DNA of 64,000 nt from Chrysomallon squamiferum (GCA_012295275.1 CM022666.1:4712001-4776000), one strand, 5' to 3'. Positions 25,221 through 38,070 are shown, counted from the stretch's first letter. Translations and numbers: made by a program. The notes: generated from the sequence alone by a model not told the origin.

Positions 25221-27190
25221 AGTCACGGAATTCAAATTTGTTACTTCAATCAGAGCTCCGCTCCTTTTATTTTTAAACGATGAATTCAGATTGCTTAACT
25301 TTAATTGTCACTTCAAATGACATCCGCTCTTTTATATTTAAGCTATGGAATTGAACTTGCGTAACTTTTATTATTACTACAATCACATCCGCTCCTTTTA
25401 TTGTTTCCGCTAAGTTTTCAACTCCATGGCGTTTTTAAAACTACTGTTGACGTGTCAGAAAGCGTGCCTGTCGTAGACAACAGCTCGCTCTGATCAGCAC
25501 GTTAATTTTATTCAAGGTTCCAGGTTCAAAGGTAATAAAGAGAAACGTAAGCGAAGAAAACAGTCAAGACGAAATATCAGTCAGGCGGGGAAACCAATAT
25601 TTTGTCTTCATTCCCCGTATGACCGTACTCGTATCATTAATAAAAATTACTTAAACGTATGTTTTATGATTGTTTAATGTATTATTATCAAGTCACCTGT
25701 ATATCATAATGAAATAATTAACGTGAACCGTAACTACTGTTGTGTTTATTTCTCTAGTGAGTAGATAGACTTATTGATTTATATAGATTGCTGTCAATTT
25801 AGTATTTATATTCTTTGTTAGGTGGCCAGTAAAACACATTGTTACCCTAGACTGAGTCATAATAAAACATACAAGGTGTTTAAAGATGTGAGCCACGTGA
25901 CAGGAACATAAAAGTTGGGGCTCTCGTCCGGGATTTTTCAAATAATTAATTTGGGGGCTCGTTTTCTAAAATCCTTATGGAAATATTTATTTAGATGTAT
26001 TGAGTATTTTCTCAGTTTAATGACAGCTAATTTATGTTTAAATCCACGTGAGAAAACACAACACAACAAAATAATAACGATATTAAAATAAATAAGTCAA
26101 AACGGAGAAATTATTATGGATTAAGATACATTGAACAATCCTAGTGTAACGTTTATCAAAAGAGCCAAGAGGGCTGAGCTACTAGAATTGCAAATATTCA
26201 TAACAAACATTTCAACTGCCCAGTCAAACAAGACAGAGCAAACCAGAGAAATTTTAACAGAGGCTTTGTTTGGCGATTGTGTAGATAACGAGAGTAGGGG
26301 GAGTAACTCCGAGTATGGCAGAATCAGTGCAATTAAAGGAAGGGAAATTAACCTTCCAACAAGCATTAGAGTTTAAGAAGCTAGAGTATGAGAGATAGAG
26401 AGAGTATGAGAAAGAGAGAGAGAGAAGACAGATAAAGAGAGAGAATTTAAGATAATTAAATTGAAATGGGAGGAGATAATTCAAGTGAGAATGGATTGAA
26501 TAGTTTTAGAATTAATGATTGTTACAGGTCAGTTCCTCATTTTGATGAGAATGATACTGAAATTTTCTTTCAACAGTTCGAAAGAGTGGCCTTGAAATTA
26601 AAATGGCCAGAACAGTTTTGGCATTTGTTAGTTCAGAGAAAGTTAAAAGGAAAAGCTGCTCTAGCCTAAAATGCTTTAGATAATACTCAGGTTAGAAATT
26701 CTGAGGTGTTGAAATCAGCAGTGCTGACAGCGTATCAGGTGACTAGCGAGGCATATCGCCAGTGTTTTTGGAAATTAAAAAAATTAGATTCAGAAACGCA
26801 ATTTGATTTTGTGTCCAGTAAATAGAATGTTTTTGATAAATGGACTAAATCAAGCAACATTGGGAAGGATTATGCCAAATTACGTGAATTAAATGTTTTG
26901 GAATAAGTGAAGAATTGTTTACCGGTAAATGTTCGGTTACATTTGGCAGATCAGGGCATAGAAAGTCTACAAGCTGCTGCTGTAGCTGCTGTTAATTACG
27001 TTCTCGTCCACAAGTTACAGAGTTGTGAGTCAAGTTCTTCTAAGAATTTTGATGGTAATCGGGAAAGGTTTTCTGGTAGAACTTCATCAGTTAGGCAGCA
27101 TAATTATAATAGGTCAGCCATGCAAGTAAAGAGTAATCTGTCGGCTGAGACAACGCCCTTTCAACCACGTTCTTCATATTGCAAAATGAA
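25221..27190 (+). mobile_element. Gypsy/Ty3 LTR retrotransposon relic (Gmr1/SCAN-like gag): LTR about 25221-25902, PBS 25916-25934, degenerate gag about 26110-27190, no pol
   Basis: The gag reads VPHFDENDTEIFFQQFERVALKLKWPEQFWHLLVQRKLKGKA…AYQVTSEAYRQ…LRELNVLE*VKNCLP…AAVAAVNYVLVHK with stops. The LTR ends in CGTGACA. TGGGGCTCTCGTCCGGGAT resembles the tRNA-Pro PBS TGGGGGCTCGTCCGGGAT. Confidence 0.8.
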
Positions 27191-27399
27191 TAACCAAGAC
27201 AAAATAAGAATCTGCACAGAGGGTAGATTAAAACGTTAAAATTTTAGATATAATAAATGTTACTGACAGAGGTTAATTGCACATTACACCCTATCAAAAT
27301 AAGAACAGACATTTGCTTACCATACTCGTCTGTATCAATCAGCTGTTCAACTAATCAATCTGTAAGTCAGTTATTTCGTTTAATTGTTGGTTTTTGTTT

Positions 27400-30300
27400 T
27401 GTAAAGGGGGAGTTTGCTTGTTGTGTTTAATTGTAATTGCTTTAAAACAAAATCTCAAACTTACATCTCCTTGAGTTTAAAGTTTGTATTTTGTGTTCAC
27501 AATGTAAGTTGTTACTGCAGCGAGAACTAGCTCTCTATATTTCATGCTAAGATGTTTTGAAGTGTGAACTCAATTTTTGGTTCAACCAATGTCTTGCGTA
27601 AGGTTTGTCGTTCCTTGGCATGGCAAAAATTGGACAGTGAAGTAAGTAGTGTTTCATGGTTTCAGAAAGATCACAGCTGCAGTTGGGTGATGTGGTGCTT
27701 TTACATTTTAATCTGATTCCGTTTCGATTGGTCGTGTAGCCGATTGTGAGACTGGTAAGATTGTTGTTGTGCAGTTTGTTGGTAAATGTGTTCCATAATG
27801 TATGTCAGTGCAGATGTCTTTGCCTTTGAAACTGAGTGACTGTTTGGCATAATGGTCGGCAAGTTCGTTGCAAACCGATGATGCCGACGTGCGATGATGC
27901 CGGAGCCACTCGATGATTAATTTTTTGTTGTTGTGTTGTATGTCCTCGTGTAGATGTTGTAATCTGCTGAGTAGGTCTGGTCTGCTGGAATGTACGGATT
28001 CTTTGGAGGTGACGGATTTTAGTCTGTCCGAGAGTATCACTATGTGTTTGTTGTTGTTGTGCTTCATCCACTCCATGGCTCTGATGATGGCGACCAATTC
28101 GGCCGTTTATACCGAAAGGTGATGTTTGATACGGTCGAATTGTATGCATGTGGGTTTGTTTGTGTGATCTACGGCTACGAAGGCGAATCCTACTCTCCCG
28201 TTGTCTGGGTTTTTGGATCCGTCCGTTTAGATGTACGTGTGTTTGTAGTGGTCGTTTGCTGCTCCTAGAAATATGGCTTTTTTTGAAGGGTGGGAACACT
28301 GTTTTGTCTGTTTCTGTTTTGATCAGGAAAGCTGTGTCTATTGCTGGTTTTGTTTCTTTGTGGTATGCCGGCAGTGGCATTTTCCCTATTCCAGTTTCCC
28401 TTTCGATTTCACTGGCTTTTGTCGGGAAATTCGATAGTAGTAGACTATGTGATTTAAAGGTTTGCCCTATTCTTTGTTGGTCGGGAACCAGATCCTTGAC
28501 GGGATGGTCTGTGCTGAGGGCGTGTATTTTCAGGTGGTATTTTAGTAGCTGCAGTTTTCTTCTGTATTTCAGTGGTTGGATTGTGTATTCCAACAGGAGG
28601 CTGTCGGATGGTGTTGTGTTTGGCAGGTGGCCGATCACTCTGATGGCGCTGGATTGAATTACCTCTAGTTTTTTTAAAGAGTGTTCGGGAGCATTCCAGT
28701 AAGCCGTGGCTCCGTAGTCGAACTTGGAGAAAATACACGCTTTGTGTATCAAAATTAGCCTTGACTCATTTGCTCCCAAACTGGTTCCGAAAATTAGTTT
28801 TAGAAGATTGATTTCTTTTTTTGGTTTGTATTATGACGTTGTTGTCGATGTTTAGTGTGATTTTGTTGTTGTCTGTTTTTTTTGTTGAAATGAGGCATGG
28901 AGAAATCTTTATACCCCGTTTCAACGCCCAGTCGTTTACGTTGTTTAGGTCTTTATTTCTGTATTGCTGCTTGACACAGACCGCATCTAAAGGAAAATGA
29001 AGTCAATTCGTCCTGTTATTGCCATTTCTTTTATAGTACTAAACTTGATACCCATCAGTTTCATAAATGCATTAAATGCAACAACAACAAGAACAACAAA
29101 AAGTTGTATGTAGAAATAGATAAATTCTTTATGCCCCATTTCAACGCCCAATTGTTTACGTTGTTTAGGTCTTTTTGTATTTGTTTCTGTATTGCTGCGG
29201 TCGATCTGCCTGCACACCAAAAAGCGCAGTCGTCTGCAAAGAATGATGTGTTTATTGGTTCGGTTGGTGGACTTTTTGGCGTTCTCTTGTTTGTGGAGTT
29301 CTGTGACGATGTCATTGATGTAGATGTTGAAGAGTGTTGGCGAGATCACGGATCCTTGTGGGATGCCGTTGTCGATTTGTCGTTTTCTCGGACGTTTGAC
29401 CGTTCACTTTGACTGCTATGGATCTGTTATTAATGACGTCTTTAATGAAGTTGAACATATTGCCTTTGATGTTGTTGTTGATTAATTTGACAAGCAGTCC
29501 TTCTCTCCATACCATGTCGAAAGGCATTTTCGATATTTACAAATATTGCGATGACTTTTTTCGATTTCCTAAAAGATTGGTTGATTGATGTTTGCAGGCG
29601 CGTGATCTTGTCGTTTGTGCTGTGTTTCTTCCTGAAGCCGCTTTGATATTTGCTGATTAAATTGTTGTCGTTTAGATGCTGGTTCAGGCGTGTGTTGTTC
29701 ATCGTTTCCAGTGTTTTGCACGTGTGTGACGTCAGCGTGATCGGTCTGTAGCTGTTGGGTAGTGAGTGATCTTTGTGTGGTTTGGGCAAGCTGAAACATT
29801 CGGCGTGTTTCCAGTTTGTTGGAATCTTGCCTGTGGTCCATATTGTGTTGTAGAGGTCAGTAAGATGAGTAGTGTTTCATCTGTAGGTGTTGTAGTATTG
29901 TGTAGCTTATTTTATCTGGCCCCGTGGCTGTACTTTTCTTGTTTTTGAGGGCATGTTTTAATTCGTTGATGTTGAAGAGTTGATTGTATTTCATGTGTTC
30001 TGTGTCTGCGGAATATTCTGTCTTTCTTGTTTCTGAATTTGTTTCTATCTTTGCATTTCTTTCCTATGCGTTCCGTCCACCAGGGAGTGGATATTTTGCC
30101 GGTGCATTGTCTGGTTTTGGGTATGAATTTGTTTGCAATAGAGTGTATAGTGTTGGTGAGTGATTTGCATCCTTTGGTGGATTGGCTACCACTGATGTCG
30201 CTAGTGTATGTGTGTGTTCCGTCGTTCAGACAGACCAGCTGGTTTTGCTCTAGAATGTCTGTCGGGGCACCCCATAAGGTATTGTGACAGTTGAAATCGC

Positions 30301-30884
30301 CCACTATAATGAGCTTGTTGCTTGTTGTTATCATTTTGTTGAAGTCGTGGGTTTCGATGCTGTGTAGTGCCGAGTGGGTGGGCTGTATATGTTAATTGTG
30401 TCGATGTTTTGATTGTTGTTGTGTACTGTGATGCTTAATATCTCTATCTTGGCGTGGATTTTGCCTTGCTTTAGCTTGGTGTGTGGAATTTCTTGCTTGA
30501 CGAGTGTCATGATGTCTCCCCGGGTGCTGTTGAATCTGTTAACGTAGTGACTTTGATACCCGGGAACCTTAAACGTTTTTGTTGTTTTGTTGTTTTTCTT
30601 GTAATGTCCTAGCCTGGTGTGTTTCGAGTGGAGATCAGGAAGTGTACGAGTTTGTCTCTGTGGCCTGCTGAGTGGAGGCCTTTAGTGTTCCACTGAAGAA
30701 AGGAGAGGCCTGTGTTCTTGTGTGCTTGTTGTGAAGAGTGTGCAAATGGTTGGTACTGTTTGGTGTATTTTTGTTCACTGTTTGTAGGATTTCTCTTGTA
30801 TGTGTGTAATTTAAGTCTTTTGTCGTCTGTGGAGATCGTGAAACCCAAGCCGTCTTCGATTATTTGAGCTACCGTGTGGTCCAT
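27400..30884 (-). mobile_element. Degenerate non-LTR retrotransposon ORF2 (APE endonuclease - RT - RNase H; I-group such as Nimb/I/Ingi-like)
   Basis: Minus-strand fragments in order: LSFLQWNTKGL and LIIVGDFNCHNTLWG (endonuclease); PKPHKDHSLPNSYRPITLTS, QSGFRKKHST, FDMVWREGLLVKL, ISPTLFNIYIND and FADD (RT); IVILSD…IEW…NELADHYAK (RNase H). Many frameshifts. Confidence 0.88.
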
Positions 30885-31039
30885 CCGCTCTTTTATATTT
30901 AAGCTATGGAATTCAAATTGCGTAACTTTAATTATTACTACAATCACATCCGCTCCTTTTATTGTTTCCGCTAAATTTTCAACTCCATGGCGTTGTCATA
31001 AAAAAAGCTGCATTTTGGTAATTAAAGAAAGAAGAAAGC

Positions 31040-31435
31040 GAGAGCGAAGGAAACGGTCAATACGAAAGTTCAGTCAGGCGGGGAAACCAATGTTTTTGAA
31101 TGACATTCTCTTTACGGACTTTCTCTCTGTCTCTCTGTCTCTCTCTGTCCATCTCTGTCTCTCTCCCTGTCTCTGTCTCTGTCTCTCTCTCTGACTGTCT
31201 CTCTGTCTCTCTCTGTTTCTCTCTCTGTCTCTCACTGTCTGTCTCTCTCTGTCTCTCACTCTCTGTCTCTCACTGTCTGTCTCTCTCTCTCTCTGTCTTC
31301 TGCTCTGATCAGCACGTTAACCGTTTACTTTTACCATCACCAGAACCATCAGAACAAGCAGCGAAGGAAAAGGCCAAACGAAAGTTCAGTCAGGCAGGGA
31401 AACCAATGTTTTTGAATGACATTGTCTGTACGGAC

Positions 31436-31466
<31 letters not shown>

Positions 31467-32644
31467 GTCTCTGTTTCTCTCTGTCTCTATCTGTCTCTGT
31501 CTCTCTCTGTCTCTGTCTCTGTCTGTCTCTTTCTGTCTGTGTCTCTCTCTGTGTCTCTGTCTGTCTATCTCTCTGTCTGTCTCTCTGTCTCTCTCTCTGT
31601 TTCTCTCTCTGTCTCTCACTGTCTGTCTGTCTCTCTGTCTCTCACTGTCTGTCTCTCTCTCTGTTTTCTGCTCTGATCAGCACGTTAACCGTTTACTATT
31701 ACCATCACCAGTACCATCAGTAATCAAACAGCGAAGGAAAAGGCCAAACGAAAGTTCAGTCAGGCAGGGAAACCAATGTTTTTGAATGACATTGTCTTTA
31801 CGGACTCTCTCTCTGTCTCTGTCTGTCTCTGTCTCTCTCTGTCTCTCTCTGTCTCCCTCTATCTGTCTCTGTCTCTCTCTGTCTGTGTGTCTCTCTCTCT
31901 CTCTGTGTCTCTGTCTGTCTATCTCTGTCTTTGTCTCTCTCTATCTCTCTGTCTGTCTGTCTCTCTGTTTCTCTCTCTGTCTCTCACAGTCTGTCTCTTT
32001 CTGTCTGTGTCTCTCTCTCTGTGTCTCTGTCTGTCTATCTCTCTGTCTCTCTCTCTGTTTCTCTCTCTGTCTCTCACTGTCTGTCTCTCTCTCTCTGTGT
32101 TCTGCTCTGATCAGCACGTTAACCGTTTACTATTACCATCACCAGTACCATCAGTAATCAAGCAGCGAAGGAAAAGGCCAAACGAAAGTTCAGTCAGGCG
32201 GGGAAACCAATGTTTTTGAATGACATTGTCTGTACGGACTATCTCTCTGTCTCTCTGTCTCTCTCTGTCCATCTCTGTCTCTCTGTCTGTCTCTGTCTAT
32301 CTCTCTGTCTCTCTGTCTCTCTCTGTCCATCTCTGTCTCTCTGTCTGTCTCTGTCTATCTATCTTTGTCTCTGTCTCTCTATCTCTCTGTCTGTCTCTCT
32401 GTCTCTCTCTATTTCTCTCGTTGTCTCTCACTGTCTGTCTCTCTCTGTCTCTCACTGTCTGTCTCTCTCTGTCTCTCACTGTCTGTCTCTCTCTCTCTGT
32501 GTGTCTTCTGCTCTGATCAGCATGTTAACCGTTTACTATTACCATTACCAGTACCATCAGTAATCAAGCAGCGAAGGAAAAGGCCAAACGAAAGTTCAGT
32601 CAGGCAGGGAAACAATGTTTTTGAATGACATTGTCTTTACGGAC

Positions 32645-32675
<31 letters not shown>

Positions 32676-33110
32676 GTCTCTGTCTGTCTCCCTCTGTCTC
32701 TGTCTCTCTCTGTCTGTGTCTCTCTCTCTGTGTCTCTGTCTGTCTATCTCTGTCTTTGTCTCTCTCTATCTCTCTGTCTGTCTCTCTGTCTCTCTCTCTG
32801 TTTCTCTCTCTGTCTCTCACTGTCTGTCTCTCTCTCTGTGCCTTCTGCTCTGATCAGCACGTTAACCGTTTACTATTACCATCACCAGTACCATCAGTAA
32901 TCAAGCAGCGAAGGAAAAGGCCAAACGAAAGTTCAGTCAGGCGGGGAAACCAATGTTTTTGAATGACATTGTCTTTACGGACTCTCTCTCTGTCTCTGTC
33001 TGTCTCTGTCTCTCTCTGTCTATCTGTCTCTCTCTGTCACTCTCTCCCTGTCTCTCTCTGTCTCTGTCTGTATCCCTCTATTTGTCTCTGTTTCTCTGTC
33101 TGTGTCTCTC
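31040..33110. repeat. Tandem array of six 316-434 bp units (conserved about 135-bp core plus variable (CT/CTGT)n tract)
   Basis: aaagttcagtcaggc recurs at about 31065, 31381, 31751, 32185, 32591 and 32928. Confidence 0.92.
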
Positions 33111-33280
33111 TCTGTTTCTCTCTGATTGTCTCTCTTTCTCTGTCTCTCTCTCTGTCTCTGTGTCTCTCTCTTTCGTTTTCTTTTCTTTTTTTTCTCTGTC
33201 ACTTTCATACTCTAGTTTCTTAAGCTCTAATGTTTGTTGGAAAGTTAATTTCCCTTCCTCTAATTGCACTGATTCTGCCA

Positions 33281-34690
33281 ATGAAGTTGAACATGTTGCC
33301 TTTGATGTTGTTGTTGATTAGTTTGACAAGCAGTCCTTCCCTCCATACTATGCTTTTTCCGGCCTTTTTCAATGTCTAGGAATACTGCGATGACTTTTTT
33401 TCGATTTCCTAAAAGATTGGTTGATTGATGTTTGCAGGCTCATGATCTGGTCGTTTGTGCTGTGTTCCTTCTGAAGGCGCTTTGATATTTGCTGATTAAA
33501 TTGTTGTCGTTTAGATGCTGTTTCAGGCGTGTTTTGTTCATCGTTTCCAGTGTTTTGCACGTGTGTGACGTCAGCGTGATCGGTCTGTAGCTGTTGGGTA
33601 GTGAGTGATCTTTGTGTGGTTTGGGCAAGCTGAAACATTCGGCGTGTTTCCAGTTTGTTGGAATCTTGCCTGTGGTCCATATTGTGTTCTAGAGATCGAG
33701 TACGATTAGTAGTGTTTCGTCTGGTAGGTGTTGTAGTATTGTGTAGCTTATTTTATCTGGCCCCGTGGCTGTACTTTTCTTGTTTTTGAGGGCATGTTTT
33801 AATTCGCTGATGTTGAAGAGTTGATTGTATTTCATGTGTTCTGTGTCTGTGGAATGTTCGTCGATTGTCAGTTTTTATTGTGTGGGTTTTTTGCCATGGA
33901 TGTTTTTCAGAGTGGCCAACATGTCTTTGACTGATGTTTTGTAGTCTATGTTGTTGCAGAAATGTTCCCAGTGTTTTTGTTTGGCGGTGTGAAACTTCTT
34001 TTTAGCTATTTTGTATTATTCATGTGTAGAATGTCTGTCGGGACACCCCATAAGGCGTTGTGACAGTTGAAATCGCCCACTATAATGAGCTTGTTGCTTG
34101 TTGTTATCATTTTGTTGAAGTCGTGGGTTTCGATGCTGTGTAGTGCCGAGTGGGTGGGCTGTATATGTTAATTGTGTCGATGTTTTGATTGTTGTTGTGT
34201 ACTGTGATGCTTAATATCTCTATCTTGGCGTGGACTTTGCCTTGGTTCAGCTTGGTGTGTGAATGTCTTGTTTGACGAGTGTCATTATGCCTCCCCGGGT
34301 GTTGTTGAATCTGTTATCGTAGTGACTTGATAAACGTTTTTGTTGTTTTGTTGTTTTTGTTGTAGTGTCCTAGCCATGTTTCTTGTATGCATATTACGTA
34401 TGGTTTGTTTTCAGTGGAGGCCAGGAAGTGTACGAGTTTGTCAGGGAACGGCACTGACCTCAATTTCTGTGGTGATTTTCAACGCAGAAAGTGCATGTCA
34501 GCGATTTGGGGGTTGTATCTGCGGGTACACTTGTTTGTGGTGTGGCCGCATTTCTGTCAGTTGGTATCTGTAACCATCAGTGCTGATAGTTGTGGTGTTA
34601 GGTTTGGTGCTGAATGTTAGTTTGGTCCAGTACCCCAACTAATTTAGCTTTTGTCTGTGCGAGTGTTGAACATCTCGAAGAAATTATGTT
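33281..34690 (-). mobile_element. Second fragment of the same LINE family (endonuclease and start of RT)
   Basis: 33281-33850 aligns with 29443-30010 and 34030-34440 aligns with 30250-30660. Confidence 0.85.
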
Positions 34691-34704
34691 TGTCTGTATA
34701 CGGG

Positions 34705-36115
34705 TAATAATACCCCAACCATTTTAGTACCATGCCCCACTTTTTTATCACAGATTTCATCATGTCCCGCATCCGTTAATTGTTTAGTATGATATAACAA
34801 TATCAGTTTTGAAGAAGTATAACATAAATAAATTGTATCTTTCAAATAAAACTAAAGGGTTTAACTTCAAATTTTATCAAATAAAATCCATTTTATAATG
34901 TGTATAACATATCTACCATCAGATTAAATAAATTCAATTACAATCAATTAATGAGACCCTTGAGCCTGATGTCTACTGCAAAGAGATTTTATCCGAGGCA
35001 GAAATTTTGTTAATTTCAGTCTCAAGTCGCCTCGTTTAGTGATATCCAGACGGTTTCTTTTCTTCAGTACTAAGTCATTCACAGCACTAAATCCACATTC
35101 CACTAACTATGACGATGGGAATGGTAACAGTAGTTTTCTTGTCAAACTACTTGTATTTGGATATTTAGCTTGTGTTTCTTCACAGAGCCACATCATTGTT
35201 CCTTTATTTTAATCGAGTCATCATTTTGTAATTCTGAAAGTTCTCCTTGATACTCCATGGTTACATCTGACAGATCCACTAGCAATGGCTGAGTCATCCA
35301 AGATGGATAATTAATTTCTTTCAAATCAGAAAATCTGAAGTTGAAATCGCTTACCATTATTTTTAAGTGCTCCACAATAACAAGACAAGTAGCATCTGTT
35401 ACCTCACATTTATTCAGCCAATAAAATTGTTCAAATTTTTTGACAGAAATATTTTCTGGGGATAATTCCAGAAGTGATATAAAGCCAATTATCTTGGCCT
35501 TTGAATTAACAAGAGTCATATTTGTTCCTTGGAGCTCCTTATTTAAGACACTGAGTTTTTCAAATATATCTGCTAAATAACTGACAAGTTCTTTACCATC
35601 AACTGTCAGTAACAGATTCATATAAGGTTTGTCATCCAAGAACTCACTAAGAATATCAAATAAATCCATGAATCTTTTCAGGCAATTCCCCTTTGATAAC
35701 CACCTTACATCAGTATGAAGTAATAATCTTACATAGTCCTCATTTTGATCCTTGCAAAATTGTTTGAAAAGACGCTCACATTTGGCATTAGCTTTTATAG
35801 CGTTGATGCATTTTATAACTGCATTCAATGTCTCGTTTAGAACAGGGGAAACCTTTTTGGAAACTAAATTCTGTCTATGAATAACACAATGCACTAACAA
35901 CATTTGGGGATTTTCGTCTTTCAACAATTTTAAAACTCCATTTTTCTTGCCCATCATCATTGATTACAGGTTGTAATTACAATTTAAATTTATAATTTTT
36001 ACCCATATAGGGTAAAATAAAAAAAATGTTGATATTACTATATTTTTTATATTGCCCCCCTATTATTATTCAATTGCCCCCCAGTGAGGCGTAGGCCTTA
36101 CGTTGGGAATCACTG
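34705..36115 (-). mobile_element. Internally deleted hAT (Buster/Charlie, ZBED8/SCAND3-like) DNA transposon; transposase remnant about 35000-35960
   Basis: Motifs HCVIHRQNL and LLLHTDVRWLSKGNCLKRF, plus the frameshifted dimerisation motif LPFPSS-LVECGFSAV. The terminus reads CAGTGATTCCCAAC on the minus strand ending at 36115 and is flanked by the nnnTAnnn 8-mer CCCTAAAT. The left end is degenerate and approximate. Confidence 0.85.
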
Positions 36116-36123
36116 CCCTAAAT

Positions 36124-36490
36124 CCTTGGAGATGTATTTGTGAAGTGAGATTGGTGTAGTGTCAATGTTTTTTGTTTGTTTGGGGGTTTTTTTGTGGAAC
36201 ACAATGGTAGCTTGGTGTTGAATATGTTGGGTTTTTTTCTTCTCATCGTTTCTCAAATATTTGTATCGCTTTCGTTTTCGTTTTCAGTGTCGGTGTCGCG
36301 TAGGTTTCGATTTATGATTTTTTGTTCTGCTGTTTCCTCTGAGTCAGAATGTATGTGTGTGGATGTGTTGTCGTTTCTATTTTTCTTTTGAGTTAGGGCT
36401 CCTGTCCCTTGGTCGTTTGGGAACTCTAGTTTCCATTTCTGAGTCGTCAGAGACGCCGCTGTTTGTTTTCGTATACGTGGTTGCCATTTT
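36124..36490 (-). mobile_element. Probable 5'/ORF1 remnant of the LINE interrupted by the hAT element
   Basis: Shows the same A/C-rich minus-strand composition as the LINE. A minus-strand ATG at 36487 opens MATTYTKTNSGVSDDSEMETRVPKRPRDRSP. Positional inference only. Confidence 0.35.
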
Positions 36491-36914
36491 GACTGGTTGT
36501 AGTGTAATTGTTTCTGGATAATTCGATTCTAAATATATAGACACGCTATATTAATTTTAAAAAGTCTGAAGTTTTCGTAACTGACTTTGAGACCAAGATA
36601 AAGATGAAAGGTATGTTGGTATTTGAGATTGCGGAAAGAAAAAAGAGAAAAGAACAAACAGTAAAAATAAGAAAATTAATAAAGGTAATAATAAAACAAA
36701 TCTATACAAAAAATACAAATAATAGAATCTAAAAATAAAATCAATAAAGTAAATGATACTGTATCTTTTGTTTTCGAATTCCGCTCAGCAAAGCACAATC
36801 CTTGGGTGAACAGTCGTCACAGCTTCTCTTCCAAGCTCACAACGAGTCGGTTAGAAAACGTGTGTCGCAGGGAAATAGTTCTGAGACGTTTTATATAGCT
36901 GGCCGTGTAATAAT

Positions 36915-37845
36915 TGTCACGGAATTCAGATTGCGTGCCGTCGTAGACGTGCTTTACAACAGCTTGCTCTGATTAGCAGTTCAGATCAGTTCAGATTGCG
37001 TAACCAAATTTGTTACTTCAATCAGAGATCAGTTCCTTTTATTTTTAAGCTATGGAATTGAAATTACGTAACATTAATTATTACTACAATCATATCCGCT
37101 CATTTTTCAACTCCATGGTGTTGTTAATTGGATTTAAAAAAGAAAAAAAGAAAAGAAGAGAGAGCAGAGCGAAGTAAGGGCGTCGGAAGCGAGAGCGAAG
37201 GAAAAGGTCAAGACGAGAATTCTGCCAGTCGGGGAAACCAATGTTTTCGAATGACATTGTCTTTACGGACGAGTATGGTAAGCAATTGTCTGTTCTTATT
37301 TTGATAGGGTGTAATATGCAATTATAAAAAAGGCTGCATTTTGGTAATTGCAGAAAAAATAAGAAGAGAAAGCAGAGTGAAGTGAGGGCATCGGAAGCGA
37401 GAGCGAAGGAAAAGGTGAAGACGAGAATTCCGTGAGGCGGGGAAACCAGTGTTTTTTAATGACATTGTATGACGAGTAAGCAATCGTCTGTTCTTATTTT
37501 GATAGGGTGTAATGTGCAGTTAACATGTGTCAGTAATATTTATTATACCTAAAATTTTAATGTTTTAATCTGACCTGTTATTTTGTCTTGGTTCCCCATA
37601 TGCCCTTTATCGTATCATTAATCAAAATTACGTAAACGTATGTTTTATGATTGTTTACTGTACTATTATCAAGTCACCTGTATATCATATTTAAATAATA
37701 AACTGGTGTTGTGTTTATTTCTCTAGTGGATAGATAGACTTATTGATTTATATAGATTGCTGTCAATTTCGCGTTTATATTCCTTGTTAGGTGGCCATTA
37801 AAGCACTTTGTTACCCTAGACTGAGCCATAATAAAACATACATGT
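36915..37845 (+). mobile_element. 3'-truncated solo LTR of the same Gypsy family
   Basis: Begins TGTCACG, the inverse of the CGTGACA end seen at 23568 and 25902, and shares blocks with 25221-25875. Confidence 0.65.
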
Positions 37846-37929
37846 TTTAAGCTGCGAGCACCGTTCCAGGAATAATGGGTGAGTACAGATTATGAGAAAG
37901 GTAACGTAGCCAAGCAATAGTTACCTGGA

Positions 37930-38070
37930 TAATCGATGGGAAAACCCAGATTCCAGGTTGCGGTACGATGGTTTCAGAGAATGCTGGCGATGGTTTCAAA
38001 GGTCGCTGGTATAAATATTCACGACGCCAGTATGATGTCAGAGACAAACTGATTTAGGTAATTAGGTAAA
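37930..38070 (+). promoter_or_regulatory. Putative promoter and non-coding first exon of TNF copy 2
   Basis: GGGAAAACCC at 37938-47 (Rel/Dorsal-type kB consensus), ctggTATAAAT at 38010-16 and TAG|GT donors at 38058 and 38066, in the same order and with similar spacing as copy 3. Confidence 0.5.

Noticed and set aside
31040-33110. CRISPR-like repeat-spacer appearance
   Set aside because: The repeat core is about 135 bp and LTR-derived, the 'spacers' are CT microsatellite, there are no cas genes, and the context is eukaryotic.
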